Positions 40,205 to 52,240 of a DNA stretch of 64,000 bases are shown here, in pieces. The DNA comes from Moniliella sp. 'wahieum'. Taxonomy: Eukaryota. Position numbers and translations under genes: made by a program. How positions within the stretch are numbered: position 1 is the first letter of the stretch; every line of letters starts with the position of its first letter. The stretch is from NCBI GenBank assembly GCA_003971905.1, contig RSEE01000054.1, forward strand, positions 186,001 through 250,000, written 5' to 3'. The notes under the pieces were generated by a model. That model saw only the letters and a program-made list of their open reading frames with translations. It made no database searches and was not told the DNA's origin.

Positions 40205-41349
40205 ATGGATGCCGCCGCGGTGGACAAGGGGCGCCGCAGTGCCCCGGCTCCATGGCGCGCGGACCGCCGTCGGAGCCTGCAACCTACCGCGACCTGCTGA
40301 TCTTTGAGGGAGCGCCTCAAACAGTCCGCTTCGCGTCTGCGCAAACGCAAGCGCCGGCTGGGGCACGCTGCTTGTGTCAGCATCACCGTCTGCCTTGCTC
40401 TGGCCTACACATCCAGTTCGCCCCACCCCGCAATGTTTGGACCACCTTGTTACCTCCGCCTTTTGTCTTGTGCACCTCAATCTGTCTTTCTTTGTCTCGG
40501 GTCTCTACTCGGACCGCATCGTAGCATCCCACAGGTATGTTGGTTCCATGCTATTCACTCCAGGGACGCGCGTACGAACTTACGAGCCCTGCTACAGATA
40601 CAGCCAACAGGCGAACCGCGCATTGCGCAACCTCAACATGCATCTCAACCTGCGCACCGCTCCTCAACGCGGCATTATTTCCCGCTTCTTCTTCCCATTT
40701 GCTTCCCCACTCCTGGTGGTGAAAAAAGCCAAAGGAAGATCAGCCTCCACGGTGGCTTTTCCCGTTCCCTTCGGCTTTTCATTGGCATCAACGGCTCCGC
40801 TGGATCGGCCGGGGGCGCCAGCAAGCGGCATGCTTGTCCGGCATCCCCCCTCTACCAACCCCCGAGGAGAACTCATTTTCTCCTCACGCGTTCCAGTCAA
40901 GTTCAGGCAAGGTTACGAGCGGTACCGGGCAGCGTTTGAGCGTCGCAGATCCGAACGGCTGGAAGCGCCCGGTCGCTGGCTGGCGCTTTTGGCTCTACAC
41001 TGGCGCAGGGTGGGGGTGGTGGCGCAAAGAGATTTGGAAACTGCCGAGGGGCCGGCACAGACTGGAAAATCGGCGGTGCCCAGAGCAAAACATGCGACAC
41101 CTTCAGGGCATCGTAATCATTCCCATACCCACACGCAACATCAACACATCCGCACCACCTCCACCACCTCCACCAAGAGCAATGGATCCCAGCGCCGCAA
41201 AGGTCACTCTTCTCGCCCCTCGCACCTGTCCCCCCCTCCCTTCTGCTTCTCCGCAGAGACCACCGTCACCTGCGCCCTCTGATACCAGCTACGCTTCCTC
41301 CGATGCGTCGCCGCAGTCGAAAAGCCGGGCCCTCCCAGAATTGCGATGA
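40205..41349 (+). CDS. SPO7: Spo7, regulatory subunit of the Nem1-Spo7 phosphatase
   Basis: ATYRDLLIFEERLK, FFVSGLYSDRI, ANRALRNLNMHLN, NPRGELIFSSRV..FRQGYERYRAAFERRR. Confidence 0.85.
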
Positions 41350-41879
41350 CACCAACCACTGAACGAAATTATTACGCGCCATACATTTGAACAACATGAG
41401 AGCAATTTTCGTTTGGTTTCGTTTCGAATCCATCCCGTGTACTGTAAATGTATCTGCGTGTAAGGGAGAATGGAACAGGTATCAGGCTTTTGAAATGAGG
41501 AAGACCAGTGATCCCTTTTTCCGTCTCGCGACCGTCTTGGATATGGCTGCAAAGCACATTGATATGACGTGGTTTGTGTGAGACTGAATGGGGCGATGGT
41601 TCCTCGCCATCTAGTGCAATCTTGAGAACGGGGTTCCGTGGATTCTGGAAGTTGGTTTTCAGCAGCTGCTGAGGTTGGGATGGGTTTTGCCTCAGCCTGA
41701 GTAGCACGATGGGTGGGGTGTCCCCTGCTCACAGCTACCGAATCGGCCAGTGCAGCCCCGGTGGGTTTACCCCAGAGTTTGCTCCACTGAAATGTTGAGC
41801 TGGCCGAGCCGCGCACTGACCCGCCTCAGGCCAGAAAGCTGAAGTACACCTCAACATCCTTAGCTCCACCATCCCCGCC

Positions 41880-43676
41880 ATGCTGCTCGCCCGCGCCGGC
41901 TCATCCACGACGATTGCCTCAGTGCATCAGATCCTGCACACTTCCTCTCGCCTCTTGACAGTGCCCCGCCCGGTGTACGCGGGGCTTCCGTACGCGGGCC
42001 AGTTCCGCTCGGGCGAGCAAGTGGCTGTGGACCATGTCGTGGTCGGCGGTGGCGCAGTGGGCCTGGCAGTAGGTGCAGCGTTGGCTGCTCGCTTCCCCTC
42101 CAAGAGTACGTATGTCCTTGAGCGTCACGCCCACGTTGGAATGGAAACCAGCAGCCGCAACTCGGAGGTGGTGCATGCGGGGCTGTACTACCCTCCCGCA
42201 TCGTACAAGACGGCTCTGTGTCTGCGCGGGCGGGAACTGCTCTACCGATTCTGTGAGCAGCACCAGGTTCCCATCCAAAAAGTTGGCAAACTTGTGGTCG
42301 GTACCGAACCGGCATATTTTGATCGGATGCTGGCCCATGTAACTTCTTTGCCGGTAGGCTTAGACCTCTTGGTCCCGCCCTACTATGGCCCTCCAACCCC
42401 CCAAACAAGGCGTCTAACATTTGTTCCCCTCGTCCCCGCACCGCTCGAGAAGTTGTCGGGAGACCAAGCGCGGAGTTGGAACCTGATCTCAGCGCCGAAA
42501 TTACCGCAGCCATCCTGTCGCCCCAAACGGGGATTATCGACAGCCACACGTACATGCAAACGCTAGTGGACCAACTGGATGCGGCAGAGAACGCAGAACT
42601 CGTGCTTGGGACTCGCGTGGTGGACATTCGTGCTCACAACGACGGGACAATGGAATGGGTTTGCCTTGCAGACCATCACAGGAAGCGTGGAGGAAGCCGC
42701 GGCCGAAGGTGTTCCCGCTGACGTCTCATGGCCAAGGTGGTGATCAATGGCGGGGCTCGATGCTCCCTGCTGATGAACCAGCTGCTGCGCTCGGGTACCG
42801 GACCCAACCCGACCTCCTGGGGAAGTGACGGCAGTGACTAAATCCGGAGCACGATTGATTCGCTTGAATGAACAAGGGCACCTACCCGCGTGGCACTGCA
42901 AGGGAAACTATACTTCCTATCCTCGTTCGGCAGGCGGTGTGGGTCAAGTCAAGCACTTGATCTACCCCACGCCCAACTTTGGAGGTTCCACGGCCGAGGG
43001 AGCGGCTAAGTATTCCCACCAGTCGTTGGGCAGTACGTCTATCCCCTGTTCCCTCTGCGCTTGCTTGACCAGACTGCTGACGCTCGCACTGCAGCCCACC
43101 TCACTCTTGATTTGCAAGGCAACATTCGGTTTGGCCCTGACAGCGAATGGCTTTCCCCTCCCAAGGAGGGGGACGAAGCGGCAGACTACTGGACCGACCA
43201 CCTTGCTCCCCTCGCCGAAGGGAGCGACCGGCTGAAGCAGATGGGCGAAGATGTCCATCTGTATTTGCCTGCATTGGCTACCCAAGAGCTGGCACCGGCC
43301 TATGGGGGGATCCGACCCAAACTGATGGTCCACCTTCAGCTCCTGCCCAGGGCGAGGCAGGCTTTGTCGATTTCTTCCCTTGTTCCATGCTGCCCGAGGG
43401 CTGCAGGACCAGCCCCTGTGGCAATTCACCTTGCCCACCTCAGCCTGGGCCTACTTCGGCCCCGCCCCCGATGCAGCCGCCCACAATCATGCCGGAGCAG
43501 GAGCATTGGTGAGTCTTTTGGGGATTGAGAGTCCGGGATTGACGTCAAGCCTGGCGATTGCAGAGCTGGTCACTGCCCGCATTGCGCGCGGCGTATGGGG
43601 GGATTATAATCCTTCCTTTCGCCGCAAGGGCAAGACGGAGGACATTGGAGGTGCTGATCTGGATGCGTGGGCGTGA
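41880..43676 (+). CDS. L-2-hydroxyglutarate dehydrogenase-like FAD oxidoreductase
   Basis: [70 protein letters not shown]. Confidence 0.92.
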
Positions 43677-43696
43677 AAAGGATAGAAGAGTGCCAT

Positions 43697-44787
43697 TCAC
43701 ACCTTTTGGGCTTCAACAGGAGCTGCCATACATCCTGTGCTACATGTGCAAACGCTTGCGCCGTCACCCGCCGTTGTAGGATGCAGAAGGTCCAACGAAG
43801 CAGGCCGGCCTGGTCGGCTGCAGGACTGAGTTGGGGGTCAATAGGGATCCGGCCGAGCACGGGTGCACCCAGCTGGGCAGCCAGCTCGTCAAACTTGGCG
43901 CGAACCAAAGATTTCACTCTTGGTGCCATCGGGCAGGACGAGGTGGGCCATGTTCAGCAGCAGCCCCGGGTCAGGCACCTGTTTTCCGGAACAGGGCCAG
44001 GCCCTTGCGCGCGTCAGCAAGAGCCACCTCTTGCGGAGTCGAACAACAACGCTGGCGTCGATTTCGGCCAACTGCACCAGGGATAAGGCCACATCCCCGG
44101 TCCCAGGTGGCATATCGATCACCAACACGTCCACCCCTGGTGCCGAAACATCGGCGGGCAAAGAAAGCGACTCGGGTCCACGCCAGTCCACGTCAAATAG
44201 CAGTTGCTGCACGGCCTTCATTACCATCATCCCTCGCCAAACCACGGCGTGTCTTCGTTTCCCTCGCTCTGTCCACCCCCGGCAGCGCCGAGGGGAGGCA
44301 GCAGGAACCCAAGCGACATGGCCTTCAGCCCGTGGCTTTTGAGTGGCACCAGTGCCCCAGCCGGTGTCAAATCCGGCTCTGGTGCGTCCTTGAGCCCCAG
44401 TAGTCTAGGTACCGAGGGACCAAACACGTCCAAGTCAGCAGTCCGACTCGAGGCCGCTGCCCGGCAGGGGGAGGGGGCCAAGCGCTGGCCCACCGGGGGT
44501 GGAGAGGGATAAGGCCACGGCCAAGTTGGCCGCCACAGTCGACTTGCCCACGCCCCCCTTCCAGAGGAGACAACGACGACGTAGCGGCGTGTGGAATGCG
44601 GCGCTTCTCGGGGCCTCTTCGGCGCGGGAAGGCAGGCGGATCAGTGTTGCGAGGGAGACCGAGCGGGTTTGTCATGCGCGCAGACGCGGGCGCTGGAGCC
44701 CAACATGCGACGCCCGGGCGAAAATAAGGCACTGGTCCTGAGCGTTGGTAACCTGAAGCACGTGGCAAGCGACGTTGGTGCTGCCAT
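43697..44787 (-). CDS. IND1: mitochondrial Mrp/NBP35 P-loop ATPase Ind1 (NUBPL)
   Basis: presequence-like N-terminus, GGVGKSTVAANLA, DLDVFGPS.P, WRGMMVMKAVQQLLFDVDW, VIDMPPGTGD. Confidence 0.9.
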
Positions 44788-45256
44788 GGCGGCGTCGATG
44801 TGGGGGTTGATGGTGGTGGGGGGACAGCGTTTCAAAGGTCTGTCCTAGGGTCGACCTAGGGATCCACCGGCGAGGGTTGAACGTTGAAATCAATTCAGGC
44901 AGCCAAAAGTGTTTCTTCTGGTGTGTCTTCAAGCTGCCAGTGATGATCATCGCTCGTGACGCGTGACGCGTGCGGCGAAAAACAAAAAGGCCTAACCGCC
45001 GCTTCGTCTTCGATGTCTGCACAGATATATTGGGCGGAGGGGCTAGTTAGCGCCAACAGATACATGGATGGTAGTAGAATACTCTGTTCACCCACTTCCA
45101 CCGCTAACACAACTGTCCGACCCCGTTGGAGAAGATTGTGCTTGCTTGTCCGGACCATCAATGCGGACGGGTTGAGCACGGTCCAGGACTGATCGAATAT
45201 GTTCACTGCGACTAATATAGGGAAGGAAACAATTACGAAGGAACAACCGCGCAGCC

Positions 45257-46105
45257 TTACTGGTGAGCGAACGGACACGCCCGCCAGCTGCGAGGCAGCA
45301 CCCGTGTGAGGGTTGATGGCTGCCTGTGCCGCCGCCTCGCCCTGCAAAGGCTCAATCTCGACCCCGCGCTCGCCTGCCTCGCGCGCGATCTCGTGGAAGA
45401 TGCCATGGGGTCGTACCAAATGTCGATGTTCTCGAGCTGAAACTTGTCGTTCACCTTGGCCACCACGATGCCCTCAATGCTCAGCGTGCCTCCGTGCGCC
45501 TTGACACGCACCATCTCCCCCTTGTCGTTGCGGCCGGTATAGTCGTTCTTCATCACACCCCAATGCCTCCACTTGCCGCCACAGTGGGCGGGCCCGAGTA
45601 GACTTCCAGCACTTCCCACGCAAACGTAGGCATCATCCGCTTGAATGTCTTGTGCGACGCTTCAAAGTCGTTGTGCTCAGGGCTGTAGAACTGGCTGTTA
45701 CCCAGCAGAGCGTTGTATGTCCCTACCCGGAGCATGTCGTGTCCCGTTGTTCGTGGACCTCCGTTCAGACTAAACGTGTAGTTGCTCTGGTCGATCGTAC
45801 GCCAATCCTCCAGGTTGGGCTTAAAGCTAGCCTCGATTTCCCAGTTCTTGACAAGGTTGGAAACAAGATCAGGAAGCGAACCAGCTTCCCAGTTGGTGGT
45901 CTTCGCTGTGTACACATCCAGAAGGTCAGAAAGAGAGAGCGATGGAAGAGCATGCAGATGTGAATGATAGAATGGGTCGTCTCGTCAACATACTCTCGTT
46001 GGCAAACTCGCGCGTCTTCTTGTAGTTGGGTGCCATCTTGTGGCGCCAGGTAACATTGTCCTTCAGGACGGCATCCGGGTCGGTCATGTAGTCGGGAATA
46101 GACAT
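45257..46105 (-). CDS. pathogen-related protein family (plant PRp-like)
   Basis: PDYMTDPDAVL, GSL..LV.NLVKNWEIEASFK, GTYNAL, FAWEVLEVYSGPP.V..KWRHWG, IWYDP; one intron. Confidence 0.88.
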
Positions 46106-47661
46106 GGCGATGAAAGTCAAGACTAAAGTGGGGCAACGGGAAAGAAAAGGTGCTGACAAACGTCAAAAGGGGAGGGCTTATAGCTCAGGGAAGGTGCGCC
46201 GCGTTCTCCTCGCTCACGCACCCACACATCCCTGCCCCCGGCCAAGTCCTTCAACCTCCACCTCTCTTTCACCATGGTGTAGCCTGGGGCCTGGAGGGCC
46301 TGTGCATGTGAGCAGCCCGAGAATGCTGACATATGTGACGGGGGCATAGTAAGGTGACTGACGGTGACTGGTGTCCCCCATCCCGTATAGGCCGTGTGCA
46401 AGTGCAGGACTTCGAGATTCAATATTCAAGCTAGCTTCAAAAGGCCTCTATCGCTTCTCGTCTCAGCCCTCAGCCCTCAGATCTCATTGATTTTATCCAT
46501 TGAGATAGTGAGGCCCTAGTGAGGCCCCTGAGACCCCAACTTCTCAAACCGAGGAGCACCTGTTAGTAACACTTTGCGGACGGGAAAAACTAGTAGTACA
46601 GGGTGCGGAATCTCGTACGTGACGCATCGATTGCAGATGAACGGGATTTGGCGGGTGGGCACCGGGCGCTAGACCTACATACAACGGCTTACATTTGAGT
46701 CTTTGAGCGGCTGAGCCACCGCCTCCCCCCCTAAGCGCCCACTGAGAGACTAGCTTTGGTGTCATCCATTGCACCATATACCTTCGACTCGGGCTCAGGC
46801 TGCTCAGGCGCCCATGTGCTCATATGGGATGGAAACGATGCGATTGTCATAGAAGTAGTTGCGCGTTACGCCCGCGGACGTACGACCGGCACCGACATGC
46901 TGTCAGTTATGAGGCACTTTGTCGCAGTGAGTGACTGCCGCCGGGACGTCTGTGACATGGTGTGGTGGCGGGAATCCACATGCTCCCTAATCTAGATACC
47001 TGACGTGGTCCGCCAAGCTCCGCCCCATCCCATACTCCAAGTGATCGATGATCCCTGTAGAGCTGTAGCAGGCCGCAGGTCGGAACTCCTTGTGGTATTA
47101 CAATCAGCCTTTGCACCATGGAGAGTATGACAGGGGTGATGCAGTGATGCAATGGAGACTACTGTGACATGTGACAAACGTGACGGGTGTGGCGCCAAAC
47201 GTTGCCGCCAATGTCTCCATCGAGCCGCTCCCTGTCGCTCCCTGTCGTTCTCTGTCGTTCTCGAAGAGAATGTGAACGGCGTGCAAGTGTTGAATGGCCG
47301 ACGATGAAGGTGAACGTTGAAGCTTGAAGGCTTGAGAAGCTTGGGGTCTAACTATAAGATGGGCGAGGTGGACGTTGGTGCGTGCTTTCGGTCTGTATTG
47401 ATCGATAATCCGGGTGCCAGTAAGTGTGTGTGAAAGCGCGAGAGGATGCCTACAGGAGGAAAGCAGTCAGTAGATGGACCACACACGTTCTGTCGAAGTG
47501 CAAGGGAAATGTTGAACGTCAAACGGATAAGCAAGGCCAAATTGTAGCGGAGGTTCAACAACGTCTGCGCATGTACTCCACGGGCGCTGGTGAAAAATTA
47601 ATATTTTGCTTAGATGACCACATCACCCAAAAATGAGTAAATTTTTACGAATATTACCTTG

Positions 47662-47830
47662 GCACTTTGGCCACATGAGGTTAAGCGCTTTGGCCCAAGA
47701 GATCAAGCGCTTTGGCCACATGAGATCAAGCGCTTTGACCACATGAGATCAAGCGCTTTGGCCACATGCGTTCAATGGCTTTGGCCACATGCGCTCAAGC
47801 GCTTAGCCCAAATGCGCCCAAACGCTTAGC
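47662..47830. repeat. 23-bp tandem repeat, ~7.5 copies (AAGCGCTTTGGCCACATGAGATC)
   Basis: full-length units at 47705, 47728, 47751, 47774 and 47797, plus degenerate flanking copies. Confidence 0.92.
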
Positions 47831-47980
47831 TGTTGATTGGATGCGTGCTTGTAGGCTTTCTAACCGGCTGGTTGGATGGGGCTGGCATCGATCCAGAACT
47901 ACTAGATTTAGGCAGGGTAGGTATTTTTTAGGTGTAGAATGCATTCGAAGATCGCTGGGAAGCGATGACACTGCAACCAC

Positions 47981-49045
47981 TGTTAGGTGTGACGTCAGAC
48001 GGAAGCACCACAACGTAGTAGAGCAGCGAGCGGTCAAAAAGTGGCAGGTTAGTGTGAGGGGAGTGCACTAGGGAACGCTGGCCAAGTCAGCAGCAGCATA
48101 GGGTTAGCGAGAGACACAGAAAATGTGCGACGGACTCACGGGTCAGGCGATGAAGACGGCCAGTAGCGAGGGCAAGCGGGATGAAGTCGGAATGTACACT
48201 GATAGGGCGAACAAGGTTAGGAACAGCGTTGGCATATAACAGAAGGGACTTACGACCGCGAAACAGGTCAGGTGAGTTGAGGCGAGCAAGGCGAGATGAA
48301 CCAACCGTGGGATTCCGTGCATGCAGCAGCTGGGCAGACAGTGTCAGTGGGCAGGATATAACTTCAAGCGCGAAGTACGGGGGACGTACGATAGCAAAAG
48401 GCAGACCAGCCAAGCGAGAGAACCACAGTCGAGTCAAAAAGTGAGAAGACGGACAAGGGTGGGCCGAAGGCGAGCGAAACGGTGCATGCACGTCACGCAT
48501 GCGACCCACAAGGTCAGCAGAAGTGAGGGGAATGCGGAGGAAGCGGGCACGTACGATGACACTGCGGACCAGAGGTGAAACGAGGGCAAGATGACCCGCG
48601 AGAGGGGAGTCTGTGTAGGCGGGGTCAGCAACAGAGCTCTGGCGGGCAAAAGAACACGTACGACAAAAGCAATGCAGACAGTGAGAGGGGGACGGGGCGA
48701 GAGGCAGAGGGGGCGTCCAACAGCGATACTGACGAGGCGAGGAGGACGGAGTGTGGCGGGAGAGGTGCAAGCAGCAACGATGGTGATATTGATGGCCAGG
48801 GGAAGAAGATGGTGCTTTTGCGCCGTGGCACAGAGCACTCTGCGATGTGTTGGCTGCAGAGATGGGATACTGGTTGCTACGGGCGCAATGAGAGGGGCGG
48901 TGGTGAAGAGACAGGATGCAACCACAGAGGAGCAGGAGGTTAAAAGGAGGCGCGCGTGTGGCGCAGCCAATCTGTGCGCACAGGCCAATCTGGGCCACGC
49001 CAGGGGCCTAGGTAAGCTATAGTATATATGTCTAACGCCTCAACA
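47981..49045 (-). other. ~1.07 kb TGTT...AACA-bounded segment with 4-5 spliceosomal introns (solo-LTR-like or non-coding)
   Basis: minus-strand introns 48661-48611, 48389-48330, 48253-48199 and 48139-48078 with GTACGT/GTAAGT/GTGAGT donors, CTGAC/CTAAC branch sites and CAG acceptors. Confidence 0.5.
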
Positions 49046-50008
49046 CTAGCGGCCCCCTGCAGCAGTGTTCGAGGGTCTAATCATCTCAATCAAGAGCGCC
49101 ATTTTGACTTTGCCTATTTGCGACTTGCTGTGGTACTAGTTGTCTGTTTCGACGGTGACTGGCTTCATCGAACGCGGCGCACTTGCGGCCTCTCTAGCCC
49201 CGAGACTCCAAGGGCTCCCCGAAGATTGCTGATGCGCGCGTAAGTCAACGACTAGTAGCCTTGTCCAGTAGCCCTCGTCCTGCTTCCTACCACCAACGCC
49301 TATCTCTCGCCCGCAATCGATCGCCTACGCTACTGTCCCAAACGCTTCAGCATCCATTGCGGTCTCCATAACCGGGTGAATCGCTATACAGGTCACGATT
49401 ATCCTCACTTGAGCTTTACTAGTGACTAGTGACCTATGGTGTTACATCAAGTGTTACGTCAAGCTTCAAGTGAATGGGCACCACATGACTTTTTACAAGC
49501 TGGGGCGAAGCCCCAGCTGCCCGGGCCGTAGGCCCGGTGGTCGCCTTGTGACTTGTTATGTTCAACGTTCACGCAAGATGCACCAAAGTGCTTGCGATAT
49601 ACGGTGAGACGAACCGCATCAGTATGGTCTGTGTGTTTCGACCAGGGGCTATCGTCCCTGATCGAGGTGAAGGAGCTCCGGTGTTGTAACCATTCCATTT
49701 AGCTTTTGTGTTGGCTTTGTCCATGATCTCCGCAGCCCTAAGGTATATAGCCTCTGTGCTCTTTCATGCTCCCTTGCATTAGGCGTGTCGTTGGCTGGCG
49801 TATTCGACCATCATACTGCCAACACTATAGTGCTACCGCATCACCCATCAGGGTGGCCATCTGGACTGCTCCACTCTCATCTTCAGATAGGGGATCACGA
49901 ATGTAATACGCCTTGGAAGAGCATCAACGAAGCGGGAGAGCGTGCGTCTCTGGGAGAGGGGGCAAGTTTTAAGGTTAGAGGGGACAAGGGTTAAGGTTAG
50001 AGAGGGCC

Positions 50009-52240
50009 GCGATCGTCTGCCGGACCTGTGACAAAAAAAGCACCCAGCAATCCATATCATATGTACAACCCATCTCGCCCATAATTTTACCAAGTCGCCA
50101 CCGCCATGTTTCGACGTCGGCTCACCAAAATGCCGACCGATGGAACGAGCCGCACGCGTGCACAATAGGACAGACGCATCTGCTGTACCTTTTCCCGCGG
50201 CCTGGTTCACCATGAAGCAGGACGAGAGGTTGCTGTACCAGTTCCCTGCTTGCCCAGTTCGACCGATGTCCGGTTTCATGCACTCAAGCACACGAAGGTG
50301 CGCAGGTACAGCCAAAACGTGGTGCTGGGTGCGAGGATGGGGCCAATCACGCCATTGACGAGGTGGCCGAAGATGCGAGCATGCCCCAGCCACCTGACGC
50401 ATGCTCGCCTTCCCCTGTGCTTCCCGTGCCTCCTCGCCTGTAGACACTACCATGGCCGAGGACGACTTATGCCAGACGTAGCCCAGTGTTTCCTTTGGAC
50501 CACCCTCAAGAGCCCACGGGCGTGTCCTTTGCCGCCCGCGGGCGCATGACAACCCGCTCGGCGCCCCGAATGAGCGTGTCGAGCAAATCCGCAACCAAGA
50601 GACTGATATTCATCAGCGATCTCAACACGGAGGGTATCCCTGGCGCAGAGGGCACCAATATCCGAGCTAGGGGTTTGTTGGCTAACCTAAAGACTGGGGT
50701 TGGGAAGGATGTGCGCTCTATGCTTGTGGCTCTCCCATTCGCGGCACTCCCCATCCTCGAGACCGGAAAAAAAGAGGCCAACGATGAGAAGGAGTTCACG
50801 TTTCCGGTTCCGCTTTATGACGCTATCGTCGCGGCAGCCGACCTGCATGGTTTGCTTTCCAGGACATGGTACCCGGCTGCCGGGCAGGCCAGGGCGCAGT
50901 TCATGGTACGTCCCACAGCCTTGGTTGATATACGGGTTTAGACGCTGACATGCCTGTTATGGCTGGAATAGTACCGGGCGACCCAGACTGCATACCGACT
51001 GATCGAACGCCTTTCGAGACTCGGCCCCGACAGCGCCATGGTCGCGACGCGACCGAAGCTCCATCTCCTCCTGGCGCATACGTCTGATGCGCTCAAATTG
51101 TTCGGCCCTCTCCAGAACACGGACTCTGCCAGATTCGAGGGTCGCGTGAAGCACATCCGTGCGTCCGTTGCCCATTGCAACTTCCAGAACCTCCCGCGTG
51201 ACACCTTGTACAACGTCATGGTCGCAGAGAAGATTCTGCACCACTCTTCACCGGGGTACGATGTGTCTAGTGACGGCTCGGTGGTGGATCGGCCTGGGGC
51301 TCCTCCCGGGTGCTGGAGCAAGGGAAGGAAGAGCCCGACTACAACTCTGATGGCATGGGTTAGTGCTGGCCCCAGCCAAGAACCAATCCTCGGTGGGTTG
51401 CAACAACCTCACCGACGAGGAGCTGGGTCGTTTCCAGTTGGCGGACCGTGTCAAGGTGCGGGCGCAGTACCTGGTGGGCAAGGCGGCTGTTATCGCTACA
51501 GGGGAGATGATCCGTGTGTGGGGATGAACGTGACGATCGGCCAGAAGTCGGCCGAGTACAGCGCGTCCGCCGACTTTGTTATTGGCAAAATCCTCCGGAT
51601 GGGCGCGATCCGTTGGATGAGAAGGCTGCCTGGGTCGGGTACAGGCCGTACATCATCACGGGTAGCACGCATCGCTCAGGCTGCCGCATTGTCCGCGAAC
51701 TCGATGATGGTGATGCTCCTGAAGAGTTTGCCCTATTGACGGTGAGCACCGATGAGTGCTGAATCCTCCGGCTGCGTGACGATTGCTCATCAAGTACTGA
51801 CACTGGGACATTCACCACAGGATGTTGGCAGCGAGGCGCCTCTCCAGCACGCCTGCACCAAGAAGTGCATGATAGAGCAGGACGGCCAGAAAGTACTGGT
51901 GCACAACTACGAGAAGGACCCGATCTCGGGGGAGAACGAGGCGATTGAGTACTTCATCCCGGCGGCGTCTCATTTTAAAGCCAAGAACGGGAAGCGGCTG
52001 GTATTGAACGAATACGCTATGCGAAGTCCACCACACCACAAGCCGCACATGGACTTGAGGATCAGCTGGAAGTCCCCCAAACTGAGCGCCAACGCGCTGA
52101 GCAAAGACGTGGCCCAGAGGATTGCAACGAACGGTGCCATGCACCTGTGGGACAAGCGCGCCAAGAAGAAAGCACCTGCCGTGGCTGCTGTCGGAGGAGG
52201 GGGCAAGAGCGACGACTCTTCGGACAGTGACAGTGATTGA
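50009..52240 (+). pseudogene. CACTA/EnSpm-like transposase, C-terminal part
   Basis: CRTC, GKDVRSMLVALPF, RPKLHLLLAH....KLFGP....SARFEG..KHIR....HCN.Q...RD, QHAC; introns 50906-50971 and 51742-51820. Confidence 0.75.

Noticed and set aside
45257..46105. Recent horizontal transfer of a plant pathogen-related gene
   Set aside because: The family occurs in fungi, and the gene has a fungal-type intron and host-like composition; it would need a phylogeny to claim transfer
47662..47830. CRISPR-like array
   Set aside because: Contiguous tandem units with no unique spacers, eukaryotic context and no cas genes; fits a transposon subterminal repeat
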